From: Eledone cirrhosa
Lineage: Eukaryota
Direction: 5' to 3'
Assembly (NCBI GenBank): GCA_964016885.1
Contig: OZ024741.1
Coordinates: forward strand, 41,788,001 to 41,852,000
Length of the DNA: 64,000 nt
A program made the translations under genes and the position numbers. Shown one piece after another: positions 24,285 to 38,105 of this stretch. Numbering within the stretch: position 1 is the first letter of the stretch; every line of letters starts with the position of its first letter. The notes beneath the pieces were generated by a model that ran no database searches, was not told where the DNA came from, and worked only from the letters and a program-made list of their open reading frames with translations.

Positions 24285-26206
24285 TTCTTCACATACCATA
24301 ATGATTCAGCAAAAAATATCTGAAAACTGTCTATAAATTCAAATGGTTATAGTAACTTTACAAGTGGACAGATTGCTGTGAAGACCTGGACAGATTGCTG
24401 TGTATTTAAGTAAAGAAAATTTTGGATGTGATGCATTCATAGTACTGTTTGACCTTTTCAAGAATGTCAATGTTAAGAGTTAAAAATAACTTAACTAGAG
24501 AACCTGACTGGTTTACTTCTTGGACTTGCAATTTCTACATCATATAGCTGCAGATTTATTAAAGGAAACATTTAGTCAGAGAAGGGAGAGAGAGTGTGAG
24601 CAATATAATATACGTCAGAAATAAGATTTCAATCTTCTGTAAGGTTGAAAGAAAGAGTATAATTAAGTCACATAAAAAAAAGAGTGCATGTGTGTGTGTG
24701 TATGTATGTGTATGTGTGATTATGTGTATGTGATATTTATGTATTCAAGAGTTCAAATTATAAACGTTTGTTGGAGATGTTCTCAAGGGAATGCATAAAT
24801 AACACTCATGATAATGTAGTAAATGTAGGAAAACAGTGATTCATCATAAAATAATCATCCCAGGTATTTTAGTACCTTATTTACGTAGAATTTGAAGTTG
24901 GTGAAAATCAGCAAAATATTGACCTTCAATATAAGTCGACACCCAATGTTACCTTTCATTATTTTAATCACATATTTCTTGGCCTATATACAAATATATA
25001 CAGTAAATACATTAAAACAAAGTTTTTTTATCATAAGAGCAAGGGCTGTTTCAGGCAGTTTGGCATCAAACAAATTAAGGTGTTAGAATAATGATCATAT
25101 TGGCATCATCAATCATGGATAAAGTAAGTTCAAAATTTCAAGAACTTAAAGAAACATGTACACACTACTTGGTATACATTTGTCTCTAAATATAAACATT
25201 TCTTTCATTTGATTCCTATTCTCAATATGAAACAGTTAGGAAGAATAACTGCAGCAGGGAAGTTAGTGGGCAAAATCCTTTAAATAAATATAGGTAATGA
25301 GAAGGTTAAGAACCACTGGTGTAGATATTTCACAGAAAGTTATTACAATTTGATTTCACCTGCTAAAGTAACATGTCTTGCCTGCCTGGACATAACACTA
25401 ACAAGGAAATAATTTCATGATACTGGTAACTGAGATTTTGTTGTAACCGTAATTCTATTTTCTGACAGTTTTAACTGATGTGAAAAAAACAAATTTAATC
25501 TGATAATGGCCATATATTCCTTTTTTGTTTCATTTTTTGTTCTTTACTATTTTTTTTACAGTACATTCTTAAAGACATGCAAAAAATTTGATATCTTAGG
25601 AAGAAATAAAAAAGATTTTGGCATACACATTTGTTTTCTCTTGTCTTAAAATTCCATCCGTCACTGTCAAAATTTCAGCAATCACTTCGATAATATTCAC
25701 AAACTGTCCCCTCATCCACACTGACAACAGGATTTTATTTCTAGCAGACATTTCTTTTTGCATTGAGAATTTTCTTCAAGTCAATAAAAATTGTCAGAAC
25801 ATTCTATGCCTTATGATAAAATAAAGTACACTGAATGTATATATATATATATATTTTTTGTGTGTATATATATATATATATACACACAAACACACACACA
25901 CAGAAATAAAACAGGACAAAGAGAAATTACAAATACAGTTTCATGCGACTTGACAATATTTCTTTATGACATGTCACTCCTCAAAGTGAGATTTGTTTGT
26001 AAAACTCAGCTTTCTCTGCTAAAGTCTCATTTCTGTTATAGATGATACATCAGATGAGGATTCTTGGCTAAAATCAAAGGAAGGAATTAATTCTTTTGAC
26101 ACCAAACTATCTAAAACCAACCCTGGTTCTACATCACAAAGCTGCTTATTTTTAAATGTTTATATTTATCAAAAAAACCTTCCATCATAATTTTATGTAA
26201 GAAACT

Positions 26207-26434
26207 TTAACTCTTTAGCATTTAAACCGGCTGTATCTGGCCAGAATTCTCTCACCTCTCTCTGTTCAAACTGGTCATAACTAGCTGCTCATACTGATGT
26301 TAAGGTATTGTTTTCGAAATAAATAACATCAAATCTCATAGATTCAATATTATGTGAGATAATTATGTAAGATAAAGCCTTTACCATGAAAATACAATAG
26401 TATATATAGAGTAATGTAAATGCTAAAGGGCTAA
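26207..26434 (+). mobile_element. piggyBac-type MITE, family A, nested in a family B copy
   Basis: ttaa-ctctttagcattta ... taaatgctaaaggg-ctaa. Confidence 0.8.
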
Positions 26435-26572
26435 GTTAGGTTCCAAATTCCAGCTTAACATTTTTCATACCAAATAGCCTGAAATCATACCTGGTTCTAT
26501 CTGATTGTTCCAAAATTAATACACGTTTTTAAACATTAATTTTAAAATAGTGTATCTCAGTCCAGAATAAAG

Positions 26573-27545
26573 TTATTGATCAAAATATAAGCTGTTAGAA
26601 TTTACACATTTTTGCCAATAAGTATCTAGTTTACTTATTTTGATAACTTAGCATTTTAAAGTTCTGGGGGCGAGGAATTCTTCAAAGGCATTTTTTGCAG
26701 CTGTTTGGTTTTTGAAGAGTTTCCCTTACAAGACATTGTTGAAATGATTGAAAAAGTGATTGTCGGTTGGTGAAATATCTGGTGAATATACTGCATGAAA
26801 CAGTTTTGTAGCCCAATGTGTTCAACTTCTCAAGTGATGGTTGTGTAATGTGTGATCAAATATTGTTCGACAAGAGGATGTGACGTTTATTGAACATTGC
26901 TGAACACATATGCTGCAATTTGTTTAATGTATTTGATCAATTTCATGACAAGTCTTCCCTTTTGTGATTGTTTCATAGGGATTCAGAAAGCTTTAGCAAA
27001 CCACCAAACAGTCAATATAACCTTTTAGCACAACTTTGGCTTTGGTTCAACCACTGTGCTGAATATCACAAGTTGTACAGGATGCACTTTTTATCACATG
27101 TCACACATATATATATATACAGTATATATAAGTGTGTTATATATAAGTGTTGCTTTGTTGTGCAAAAAAGTGAAGAGGAGATATCATAAAGGCAATTCTT
27201 CTTGTTCACATTCAATTCATATGGTATCTGTTTTTCACGTTTCTATGACTTTCCAGTTCGATTCAAATCTTCAGAAATTGTTCCAATACTTACATCTAGC
27301 TCTTCCTGCAAGCTTTCAAAGGGTTGTGCAAGGAATTGCTTCCACCAAAGCCTTCAAATCCTCATTGTTAATGGCAAAATGACATCTGCAATGTTGTTTC
27401 ACTTCGAGAGTGAATTTGCCTTGATGGAATTCTTGAAACCAGCATTGCTCTGTGCATTCATTGACACTTCCTTGACCACAAAACTTCACTGACATTTCTT
27501 ACCTGCTGCAGCTTAGGTTAAAACCATAGAAATTAAATTTGGCAA
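26573..27545 (-). pseudogene. Decayed mariner transposase
   Basis: Manual minus-strand translation gives YSPDISPTDNHFF (mariner YSPDL motif), C-terminal WQKCVNSNSLYFD, and N-terminal QCWFQEF...LKALVEA...QIPYEL (WVPHEL-like). Many stops and frameshifts. Confidence 0.85.
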
Positions 27546-27598
27546 AAACCTTGGTTTAACATCTTGATTTCAAAGATCTGACAAAGATTGAATCTGTA

Positions 27599-28150
27599 TT
27601 AACACTTTAACATTTACATTGCTATATATTTACTATATTTATTATATTTTCACAGTAAAGGCTTTACCTCACATAATTATCTCACATAATATAGTGGAGG
27701 CACATGGGTTAGTGATTAGAGCATTGGCCTTGCAATTGAAAGGTTGTGAGTTCAATTCTCAGACCGGGTGATGTGTTGTTTCCTTGAGCAAGACACTTTA
27801 TTTCACATTGCTCCAGTTTACTCAGCTGTAGAAATGAGATGATAGGGACTGGGGTCCCTATCATTCCACTGCAAAGTGATCGTGGAGGTGCCACGGCAAA
27901 AAAAAGCACCCAGCACTCACTGTAAATGAGGTTGGTGTTAGGAAGGGCATCCAGCTGTAGAAATCAAGCCAGAATCAGTTCCCGTCTCACCCTTGCAAGC
28001 AGGGAAAAAGCGGACGTAAAATGAAATGAAATGAAATGAAATATAGAATCTATGAGATTTTGACATTAGTCATTTTGAGAACAATACATCAACATCAGTA
28101 TGAGGAGCAAGTTATGACCGGATATGGCCGGTTTAAATGCTAAGGGTTAA
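27599..28150 (-). mobile_element. piggyBac-type MITE, family A, split by a SINE
   Basis: TTAA-flanked ends; the two halves join to give the family A sequence. Confidence 0.8.
27695..28039 (+). mobile_element. CORE-like SINE, family 2, with RTE-derived tail
   Basis: Near-identical to 7873-8209 and 54817-55161; (ATGAA)n tail; TSD aatatag (27688-94 and 28040-46). Confidence 0.9.
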
Positions 28151-28548
28151 AATAATCTTACAAATGATACCTAATTTTACACACCTTCAGTAAGTTTTTA
28201 TCCTTTAAAAAATGTTGAAACAGATAAAATCATAAAAGCTGCATTAATTTTTAAACAATAAAGCTGTTTATTTTAAAGTGTATATATCTATCTAAACACT
28301 TCCACCATATTGTTTTGGGAGGAACATGATGTCAAATTTTATGTAAGAACCTTTAACCTGTGTTATAAAAACCACTTTAATGAAAACGTGAGTTACATTA
28401 ATAAATCACTCCAAATTTGTGATTATTTTCAATAATCACTGAAAATAATAGATGCCCCATTTTCTAGGGAATATGTTAATGTACGGCTTAACCTTCATGA
28501 GATATGGGGCCAAAATAAATCTAAGACTTACATTCTATCTTCTGTATT

Positions 28549-28738
28549 TGGTGGATTGGCAGTATCAGTAGAGAGTCGGGCGCCATGCTTTGCAGCAAAG
28601 AGTTACGGCCCTTTATGGTCTGAGTTCAAATCCCGCCGAGGTTAATTTTGCCTTTCATCCTTACGGGGACGATAAAATAAAGTACCAGTAATACACTGGG
28701 ATAATTGCTGGCCTTGTGCCAAAAGTAGAAGCAATTAT
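28549..28738 (+). mobile_element. tRNA-derived SINE, family 1
   Basis: Reverse complement of the 1660 and 3176 copies. Confidence 0.8.
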
Positions 28739-29149
28739 TTGTCTACATAGTCACACACACTTATACTAGGTTTATAAAGTCACTGTGTACTTCTGCCAAT
28801 ATTACAATTCTATTTTCTTTACTTTCCCAGGAAATCCCCATTAATGCATAACATCAAAATAATGACAACTATGACATGCAATAAAAATCATAAGTAACAG
28901 GCAAAAAATGTTTCTTTTGTTTTGTTTTTCTCTAGTATATTGGTCAACTAACCCTTTTGTTATATTTCTCATGAAAGACATTGCCTATGATTTTCAAATC
29001 ATTTTGAAAATAATCATGAATTTATAAAAATTTAATAACATAACATTTTCTTTATTAAACTGGTATTTGGAATATAACAAAGATTATTATGCAGTTAATG
29101 AAGAGTTATACAGAAACTGTGTAGTACGACTGCAGCCTGATGATGTCTG

Positions 29150-29435
29150 TCACCTCATACCAATAATTGGAGCAGGCTGGATATTATTTGGCTGAGAGGG
29201 ATGGGGTATGATTTTCAAAGACATGTTTCCCCCTACATACAAAAAGAAGGCTGTATGACACCTGTGTGTGGTAGGCGATGCTGCATGGTAGTGAAACATG
29301 GGCTGTGACTGCAGAGGACATGCGTAGACTGGAGAGAAATGAAGCAACCATGTTTCGTTGATTGTGCAATGTAAATGTGAGAGGAAGACAGAGCTAAACA
29401 AGCTGAGAGAGAAGCTGGGTTTAAGGGGAAGATGC
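29150..29435 (+). mobile_element. Old RTE fragment (post-RT region)
   Basis: Encodes LYDTCV...MLHGSETWAVTAEDMRRLERNEA. Confidence 0.8.
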
Positions 29436-30189
29436 CGTGCTGTGAAGGACCCAGATTTGGTTTACATTCTAGTTAAAGGCATATAGTTTCAGTTATATAA
29501 AATTATGATGGGAATTATTTAGATAAATATAAATATTTTAAAAACAGCTCAGTATCAAAGAACCTGGGACAGTTTCTGGCTGTTTGGTATTAAAAGAGAT
29601 AATCCATAATATCAAAATGAAATGACAAATCTGACATGCAACAAAGCAATTTCCTTTTAGTCTGTAGGTATGGTGGTCACCTAATATGGAAGCTACTCTT
29701 TCTATTTAGACATGTGATGCATGTCTGCTCAGCAAATCTTATCTCTCTATACTACTATCTGTCTCAACCTCATTCTTTTTGTTTCTCACCCAACATAGCA
29801 AAGGTTGTCCCTTCTCTCTCTCAAGAAATATTCAGTTTCCTCCTACCATCCCTTCATACTATCTTGTCATTTTTTTTTTTGTTTCTGAGAACACACCAAT
29901 ACACATACACAAAAACATACATAACACATACAGAGAATTTACTCTTAATTTGGCCAGAGATTTACATTCCCAATTGCCTTTAAAGCGTAACCTTCGGTAT
30001 TTGCTGCGGTGATGTGATGTGGTTCGTTATTTTGGTATCACCTCTGTTTTTAGCCTAAGAAAATATCTATATGAGTGTGTAATTAATACACGCATACATT
30101 TATTTTTTTAATTTCAATTGAGTTCTTAACACGTTGGATTGATAATGTTTTTGAAAAAACTAATTAACCCGAGTGTATATTATTTTTTT

Positions 30190-30335
30190 CTTTTCTCGTG
30201 TCGTGGTTGTCTCCCCTCCCGCTTCGTGACGCTATGAAACTTCCTCAGTCAAAAGATTGCTGGAATTTCAAATTTGGCGGTCATTCGATGCGTGAAGGAG
30301 CAGCTTAGCGGACACGATTTTTAACTGCGATTTTT
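30190..30335. promoter_or_regulatory. CpG-retaining patch with adjacent E2F-like and CHR-like motifs (candidate promoter)
   Basis: About 11 CpG in ~140 bp against a CpG-poor background; minus strand ccgccaaatttgaaa at about 30266-30280; also an ETS-like acttcct and a tgacg half-site. Confidence 0.3.
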
Positions 30336-30574
30336 AACAGCTTGTGGAAAACTTATAATGAAACAATTATAATGAAACAATTGTTTGGAAAGAGAGATAT
30401 ATTTTAACTTTAATTATATCTCATAAAATAATACAACTGGCTTTCCACAAAATACATATAGTTAGCACCCCAAACACTAAAATTGGGTTATCCTAACATA
30501 TAACCTAATGTTTGTTGAGTGAGATGGTTACCAGTCGGAGTTTAGCGTTAAGCTATCTCTGTTATTGTATTAAT

Positions 30575-30707
<133 letters not shown>

Positions 30708-31866
30708 TCATCATCATCATCAACGTTTAACGTCCGTGTTCCACGCTTGCATGGGTTTGGACGGGGGTTTTCCCACTTGAGGCAAGAGTGATTGTCTTGC
30801 TCGCATAAGACTGTCTGGCAGGTTTTCTACAGTTGGATGCCCTTCCTAACACCAACCACATTTACAGTGTGGGTCTGGGAGGTTTTTACCGTGTTGCCTA
30901 CATGGCCACATTACAGCGTGGACTGTGTGTTTTTTTTGTCGTGACACCTACACGATCTCATTTGTTTCGGCCTGGATGGTGTGGCACCAACATAACTTTA
31001 CATAGAAGGGGGCGGTGTGGATGGGGTGGGGGTGGTGGAACGGGGGTGTATTTTGTTAGAGATGCCTACTGACTGTAGTAGGTTTTACTTTGTTTAGGTA
31101 AGGCGGGTCTTCTCTATTACTGAGTACCGCCAAAGATCTCGGTCCAGTGACATTGTCTTGGAGAGGTGTAAGTGTGTGAGGTCGGAGTTTATCAGCTCGT
31201 CCCAGGTTTTTCTAGGTCTGCCTATTCCGTGGCTACCGTCTATCTTTATTGCCCTGCACTTTGTTATACAGCTATCGTCTTTCATGCGCATCACGTGTCC
31301 ATACCAACGTAGTCTTCTCTCGAGTAAACAACATCTGATCCCCCTTATTTCTAATTTTTTCTTTAGTTTGTTTATGCTTTGCCGTTCACGTATATTACTA
31401 TTACACATCCAGCGGAGCATGCAAGCTTCGTTCCTCTCTAGTCTGCGTATATCCTCTGCACACAATGCCCAGGTCTCACTGCCATGCAACATTGCTGTTC
31501 GTATGCAGGCATCATACAACCTGCCTTTCGTTTTTAGGGAGAACCCTTTAGCGGCTAATAGTGGTATAAGCTCTCTGAACTTTTTCCATCCAGTTCTGAC
31601 TCTAGCTACTGTACTTTCAGAGCACCCTCCCCCACTGCTGATTTTGTCACCCAGGTAACGGAAGCTGTCCACTATTTCTATAGAGCGCTCTGCGCAGTTG
31701 AAAGAGCTAGTATTTGGTGGGCACTTGCTGCTACTTATTGCACGAGAGCACCGGCCACATGTGAAATCTATGTTCTTAGTTAGCTTACCTGTGATCCCAC
31801 TACATCTTTTATGCACCCATACTTTGCATTTCTGACACAAAATGGAGTTTCTACCTACGCCTTTCC

Positions 31867-31867
<1 letters not shown>
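30708..31867 (-). mobile_element. 5'-truncated young RTE LINE
   Basis: Open 248-aa ORF nearly identical to 42911-44035, full 3' UTR and (GAT)n tail; flanked by (TA)n on both sides. Confidence 0.95.
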
Positions 31868-31905
<38 letters not shown>

Positions 31906-32687
31906 TCCTTAAGTGATGGTATCACAGTAAAGTGCGGCTAATAAACTCTTTTATGTGATTTGTGTGAGGAAGGGCATCCAGTTATAGATATAATGTCAAA
32001 ACATGGAATGTGCAAGGGAGATGTCCTCTGAGCTGTCTACATGGGCAGCAACTCTTAATAAGAACTGACCAAATGAAAATATATAACACTGCTACATAAA
32101 ACCAATAAGAAAATAATTTTTTTTAACTGATGAAGCAGGTCAAGCAATTACGTAAGTTATCCTTTCAACCGAGTCTTGAAGTTCATTCTGTCCAGTATTC
32201 AGAGCACATTTATCAAATACTTCTGAGAAAGTCTCATTGAATGGTTTGTATAGAGAAGGAAATTGCACCAACTATTCATACAAATATCTGTAAATTCAAG
32301 TGTGAAAGAGCTGCCAATACAGAGACAGTACACCGACAGTACGCATATGCTGCCATGGAATAATAATAATATATATATATAACAAAAAATAATAATAACA
32401 GATAAGTAATTTTAATTTTCTCTCAAAACTATTGAACAGAAAAGGTGTATCTTGAGCAAAATATAAGATCCATTGTATTCTTGTTTACTTTCATTCCTGC
32501 CAACTAATATAGATGACTCCAACAAAAACCAGATGACCTTTGCAATGCTTATGTAGTACAAAGAATTATTTTAGAACAATAGACTAAACCAAGCAACACG
32601 TCAAAATACAAAATATCACACTCACACACCTGCCCTTCCCAAAAAGAAAGATTTACAAACAGAAACCTGAGATCCAAATATATTTCT

Positions 32688-32863
32688 TTAACCCTTTTAG
32701 CACTATGGCTTTTTGATTATAAAGCAAAACGCTATGGATTAAAATAGTCTAGTCAAAAGAAATACAAAAAAACAGTTACATTTTTAGGCTGGTATATCAC
32801 TCATGCAATATTTTTGGTTATGTTAAGTCTGATGTATTAACCTGGCAATGCTATAAGGATTAA
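32688..32863. mobile_element. TTAA-flanked MITE-like element abutting a family A copy
   Basis: ttaa-cccttttagcact ... aatgctataagga-ttaa; shares its right TTAA with the next element. Confidence 0.45.
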
Positions 32864-33005
32864 CACTTTAGCATTTAAACCGGCCATATGCAGCCAGAAT
32901 TCTCTCAACTTTTTCTGTTCAAAATGGCTGTAACTGGCTGCTCATACTGACGTTGAGGTATTGTTCTTAAAATAAATAACATCAAAATCTTGCAGATTCG
33001 ATATT
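32860..33005 (+). mobile_element. piggyBac-type MITE, family A (truncated)
   Basis: Left TIR and body present, then an RTE-type tail fragment to about 33235. Confidence 0.75.
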
Positions 33006-33817
33006 CTCTAGTATAAAATGCACCATGCACACTCTGCAAAGTGGTTGGCATTAGAAAGGACATCCAGTTGTAGAAAACATGCAGAAACTAGAATGCATGT
33101 AACTGAGATGTGGTGGACCCTATGGTCCATCTATGACGACAGTAGCTTTAAGTACTGATATGGTCTGTAAAGAAAGACCTGTCAAACCCACAACAGCATG
33201 GACAAAAATGATGATGATGATGACGATGATGATGTTGTTGACTATTGAGTATCAAATTGCACATGAACTATTGTTATTTATGTTTCAACATCAGATGTGA
33301 ATAGACAAATGGATATTAGACAAATGTCAAGCTACCATCTTAAATATGTTGATGTATCTCACACCTGCACAGGTTTCACCGATTTTCTAAGGGGCTACAT
33401 CTCATACGTAATATCGACTTCAAGTTTCTTAGGGGTTACATCTCATACAGAGTTTTCTGAGTACTTTTAAGATAAGGAACCCAGTTCTATCATGTTATTT
33501 TCCATTGAGAGAAAGTGAAATTTAAAATCAAATTCTCATAACCATTTAATGTATTCAAATATATTGAACATGGTTGGTTAATAGAAAGAAAAATAAATAT
33601 CTTTGATATCATATTTAACCCTTTTAGTACCAACTTGCCAAAACCTACTTGTTTCTACGAGACAAAACCACCTATTTTAAAGGGTTCTTATTTAAATTAA
33701 AATTGCCAATCAATTTGACATAAGAACCATATATTATGTTATAAATACCATCTTAATAATGAAATAGTTAATTTTAGTAAAACCTCAAAATTCTTCACAA
33801 ATTGAATTAAAATCATG

Positions 33818-34102
33818 AGAAGGGGAGAGATGCCATAATGAGAAAGACCCGTCCAACCCAAACAGATGTAAGAACTATGGTGATGATTGCTAGGTGAAGA
33901 TGTACCAAGAAATCCTAGTAAAAGGAAGCCACAGTAGAGGTAGACCAAGGAAGACCTGGGCAGAGTTGGTGAGAGCTGATTTCAAATTGCTTTGATTCGA
34001 TTCACAGAAAAGATGACGAAGGAATGTGGTAAGTAGAGAGATGCTGAAAAGGAACTATCCATCCATGGAAAAACAGACATAAAAACTTTGATGATAATGA
34101 TG
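33818..34102 (+). mobile_element. Old RTE 3' fragment inserted in a family B MITE
   Basis: agaggtagaccaaggaagacctgg (RGRPRKTW) and a gatgataatgat tail; MITE ends at 33614 and 34136. Confidence 0.6.
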
Positions 34103-35067
34103 TATTTAGTTGCAAATATAGCAATCAAAGGGTTAAACAGTATTCACTTTTATTAAGTTGAAGGCAGCCTCAACATATGTAGTAGTTGTTTCTAATGACC
34201 CTCATTAGTAAAACTCAAATTAACAAAGCAACAGGGAATCTACCATTGAAAAATTGATGAGTGATAATGATATTTTTTAATATTAAGCTCTCATTATTTA
34301 ATGATATTTTCTATTTACAGCAATACTGACTTTAAATATATATGTGTGGTGGTGGTGTGTGTGTGTGTGTGTACCATAGTGCATATGTATGTACATATGT
34401 GCCTGTATAAAAATATGACACCTGAAGATTACCATAGAAATCAGAAAATATAAAGTTAATTATCTCATCAATCTTCATTAGTCTCATAAATAACCTATGT
34501 GAAAAATAATATATTGGACTATAATAAAAGACTTATATTTAGAAGGTTTCATAAAGAAAACATACCTCAAATCTTTCTGAATGATTGCGAAAAAAAGAAG
34601 AAAAATTGAGATTTCGGAAAAAGTAATTGAGAGATCACAGCTCCAATACTATGGGCATGTGTTTACAACATTATAATGTCTCGGGAAAGAACTGGTGGAC
34701 AGTAACACAGCGATAATCAATGAAGGTGTCACGAAAATGTGTGACAAAAGAGCTTTGATTGACAAACATTTAAAAATATAAGTATAATTTCTCAATGATA
34801 AACATTAATTGCTAGCTAAATTATTTATGGAAATACAAAAAATGTATACTAAAACTGAAGCTATAACCAAACCAAACAGTGAGTCTGTTTTACTATATTT
34901 TGGCAATATTAGGACAAAATGACCCTCCCCAAATATAATTTGTTTCAACACACGATTTCATATAAAAAACCTTGCAAAACAAATACATCGCCGTTCTATA
35001 AATAGTGTATAAATAGTGTAAGGACATCAGTAAGAATATTCATAAATTCTGAAAACTTAGCACAATA

Positions 35068-35280
35068 TTAACCCTTTAGGATTTACATTACTCTATATTT
35101 ACTATATGTTCATGCTAAAGGCTTTACTTCACATAATTATCTCACATATCGAAGCTATGAGGTTTTGATATTATGCATTTTGAGAACAATACCTTAACAT
35201 AAGTATGAGCAACCAGTTACAGGCGGTTTAAACAGAAAGAGGTGAAAGAATTCTGGCCGTTTCAATGCTAAAGGGTTTAA
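35068..35280 (-). mobile_element. piggyBac-type MITE, family A
   Basis: TTAA/TIR at both ends. Confidence 0.8.
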
Positions 35281-36437
35281 ATTTGAGGGGCATAAATCAT
35301 TCATCTAGGATGTCACATACTGTGTTACTTTCTCTCTAGTGCCAAACTCATTTCTTCAGCCATAAACATTGATGCTGCTAACTGCAGAGGAAAGAGAATA
35401 TTACCAAATACCAGACATTGGCATACCATTTCTTTTTTGTGTCAGTAATTATTGAAACCTTTCTTGTGTTTGGTCCCTGGTCTAACATTTTCTTCTGCCA
35501 AATTGGGATGATAGTAACATGCTTGAGGGAAAAAGCCCCACAATGTTGAGAATCTCATGCAGTAGATGTCACTGGCTGTTCTCAGTGGCAATGCTTTCAC
35601 TATCTTGTCCACAACACTGCAACTGAGATATGCTTTTCAAATTCAGCCGTATAGTTTCCCTGTCTTTTTTCTTCTCTTTTATAATTGTGTTACTTTACTG
35701 AAGTATCATAAAGATATACCTTTATAGTGTCAATGTCTGTGGTTCCTCCTACACAAGTATTCTTCATAGACTGCAACAGACTGACATATGCCACCACATA
35801 CATACATACATATTGCTGTAGCTGTAAATAATTTACCATATAGAATGAACATGGACATTTCGAGAAAAGTGCTTCAGAAATTCAGTTCAGTTGGCAAAAG
35901 TCAAAACTTGAAATAGTAAATTATTAACCTTTACAGCAGAAAATCTAGAAGGAGAATTCACCAAGTTAAATATATTAGATTAGCCATGTCTATCAACAAA
36001 TTTAATATGCTGAACAGCTTTCCAAGCCAGATACTGGGACAGTTAATTATCTAATATATTACAATTCTAATGTCATTTAGGTTTTTAAATCTGCTTTATG
36101 ATGCTGCCATGAGTTACACAGGTCTATAATAGTTCTCTAGCTTCCTCTTTAATCATTTCTTCTGTTAATGTCATTCATACCAGCCCAAAGTTTTATTTGC
36201 ATATCTTAACCTCTGCTGTCCTATCATTATTCAATCTCATCTCATATTTTCCACTATACACTGCCTGTCTACTTTCAACTTTAAACATTTTATGTCCCAG
36301 TTTCCATATGAAAGCAGCCTAGTGTGTAGGGTAGTGAACTCATGGTTGTAAGCTTTTTGGTTCAATTGCTGTCGTATTTCTGCCTTAACTTTAGAAATAT
36401 TTCTCTATGTATTATCCTGGAATGGACTGCCACTGGT

Positions 36438-36665
36438 TTAACACTTTAGCATTGAAACCAAATATATCAGGCCAGAATTATCTCATCTCTTTCTGTTCAA
36501 ACTGGTTGTAACCAGCTGCTCAATTGATGTTAAGATATTGTTCTCAAAATAAATAATATCAAAATCTCACAGATTCGATATTATGCGAGATAGTTATGTG
36601 AGGTAAAGGTTTTACCATGAAAATACAACAGTAAATATAGAGTAATGTAAATGCTAAAGGGTTAA
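36438..36665 (+). mobile_element. piggyBac-type MITE, family A
   Basis: TTAA/TIR at both ends. Confidence 0.85.
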
Positions 36666-37659
36666 ATAATGAGTAATCGAATTGTTTGATCAACTGAACA
36701 GCCAGTTTGTGAAATTAACATGCAAGTAGCTGAGTATTCCAGACATGTGAACACAAAGTAACTCTCAGGAAGATTCAGTATGACGGTGTTAAACAAAGCT
36801 GGAACTTTAAATTACAGATACAGTCCGTCTTATATTATAATGTAAGTGGCTAAGTATTCCACAGATTTATGTATTCTTAATATAATTCTTAGCGAGATTC
36901 AGCATGGCACAATTACAGCTAAAATCAATGCAATGGGCTTCCAAACAGTTCCTGCCTATCAAATTTCATTTATAGGGCATGAGTTAACCCAAGATTATGG
37001 TAAATGACACTTGTTCAAGATGCAGTGGTATCGAACTTGTGACCACATTAATTTGAAATGAATTTATTAACAAATTGGTCATGATACATCAACATGCAAC
37101 ATCTTAATGGCTACATATTTATCATGGAATGGTAGACTTAATTTATACCCCAGTTTAACACCACCACCCAACATTGTTTTCATCCTTGTTCACTTAGTTG
37201 CAAGCATTTGGGACAGGCCCCAGTTTGAGATTAACTTCCTCCTCCACATTTGTCTTCAAAGCCCAAGAAGGTCACAAGTACTGCCCTTCCCTACCTGAGT
37301 AAGCATCAAAACAAAATACAGAAAGAGGGCCTGCAACATACAGAAGCTATGAGATGAATTTTTCTGTTAAATTTAACTAAATTTAAATTCCAAAAGATTA
37401 TCAAAACATAATTACACACATAATTTGTAATATATATATATATATATTGTGTGTATCTCAGTTTTTATAATAGATACACTAAGCCCTACATATCATAGGA
37501 GGTAACGGAAAGGGTTGGCATCAGGAAGGGCATCTGGTTGTGAAACATTCTCAAAACATCCCATGCCAGCATGGAAAAGTGGATGTAGAAACGATGTTGA
37601 TAATTATATAAATACATCATTGTTTTATGTCAGTTTTTCCATACTTGCATGGGTTAGAC

Positions 37660-38105
37660 ATCACACTGTAAAGAGGTCATATACGTGTCATGACAAAAAG
37701 CACCCAGCCCACACTGTAAAGTGTTCATGTAGGTGTCACAACAAAAATCATCCAGCCCACAGTGTAAAGTGGTCGTGTAGGTGGTACGATAAAAACACCC
37801 AACCCACACTGTAAAGTAGGTGTCACAACAAAAAGCACCTAGCCCACACTGTTAAGTAGTCATGTAGATGTCACAACAAAAATCACCCAACCCATGCTGT
37901 AAAGTGGCCATGTAGGGGTCACAACAAAAAGCACCAAGTACTCACTGTAAATGTGGTTGATGGTAGGAAGGGCAACCAGCCATAGAAATCAAGCCAGAAA
38001 TAGTTCTGTATGAGCAAGACATGGTCACCAGACCCAACTTGCCTCAAACAGGACAACTCGTCTAACCCATGTTAGTGTGGAAAATGGACGTTAAACGATG
38101 ATGAT
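37660..38105 (+). mobile_element. RTE-type 3' tail with an expanded ~47-bp tandem array
   Basis: About 6 units of cacactgtaaagtggtcatgtaggtgtcacaacaaaaagcacccagcc, then aggaagggc...ggacgttaaacgatgatgat. Confidence 0.85.

Noticed and set aside
25620-26072. Two AG/GT-bounded blocks on the minus strand
   Set aside because: Stop codons in most or all frames and no recognisable protein; cannot be called without RNA data.
37660-37955. Regular ~47-bp repeats resembling a CRISPR array
   Set aside because: Contiguous tandem units with no spacers, derived from the RTE 3' UTR.
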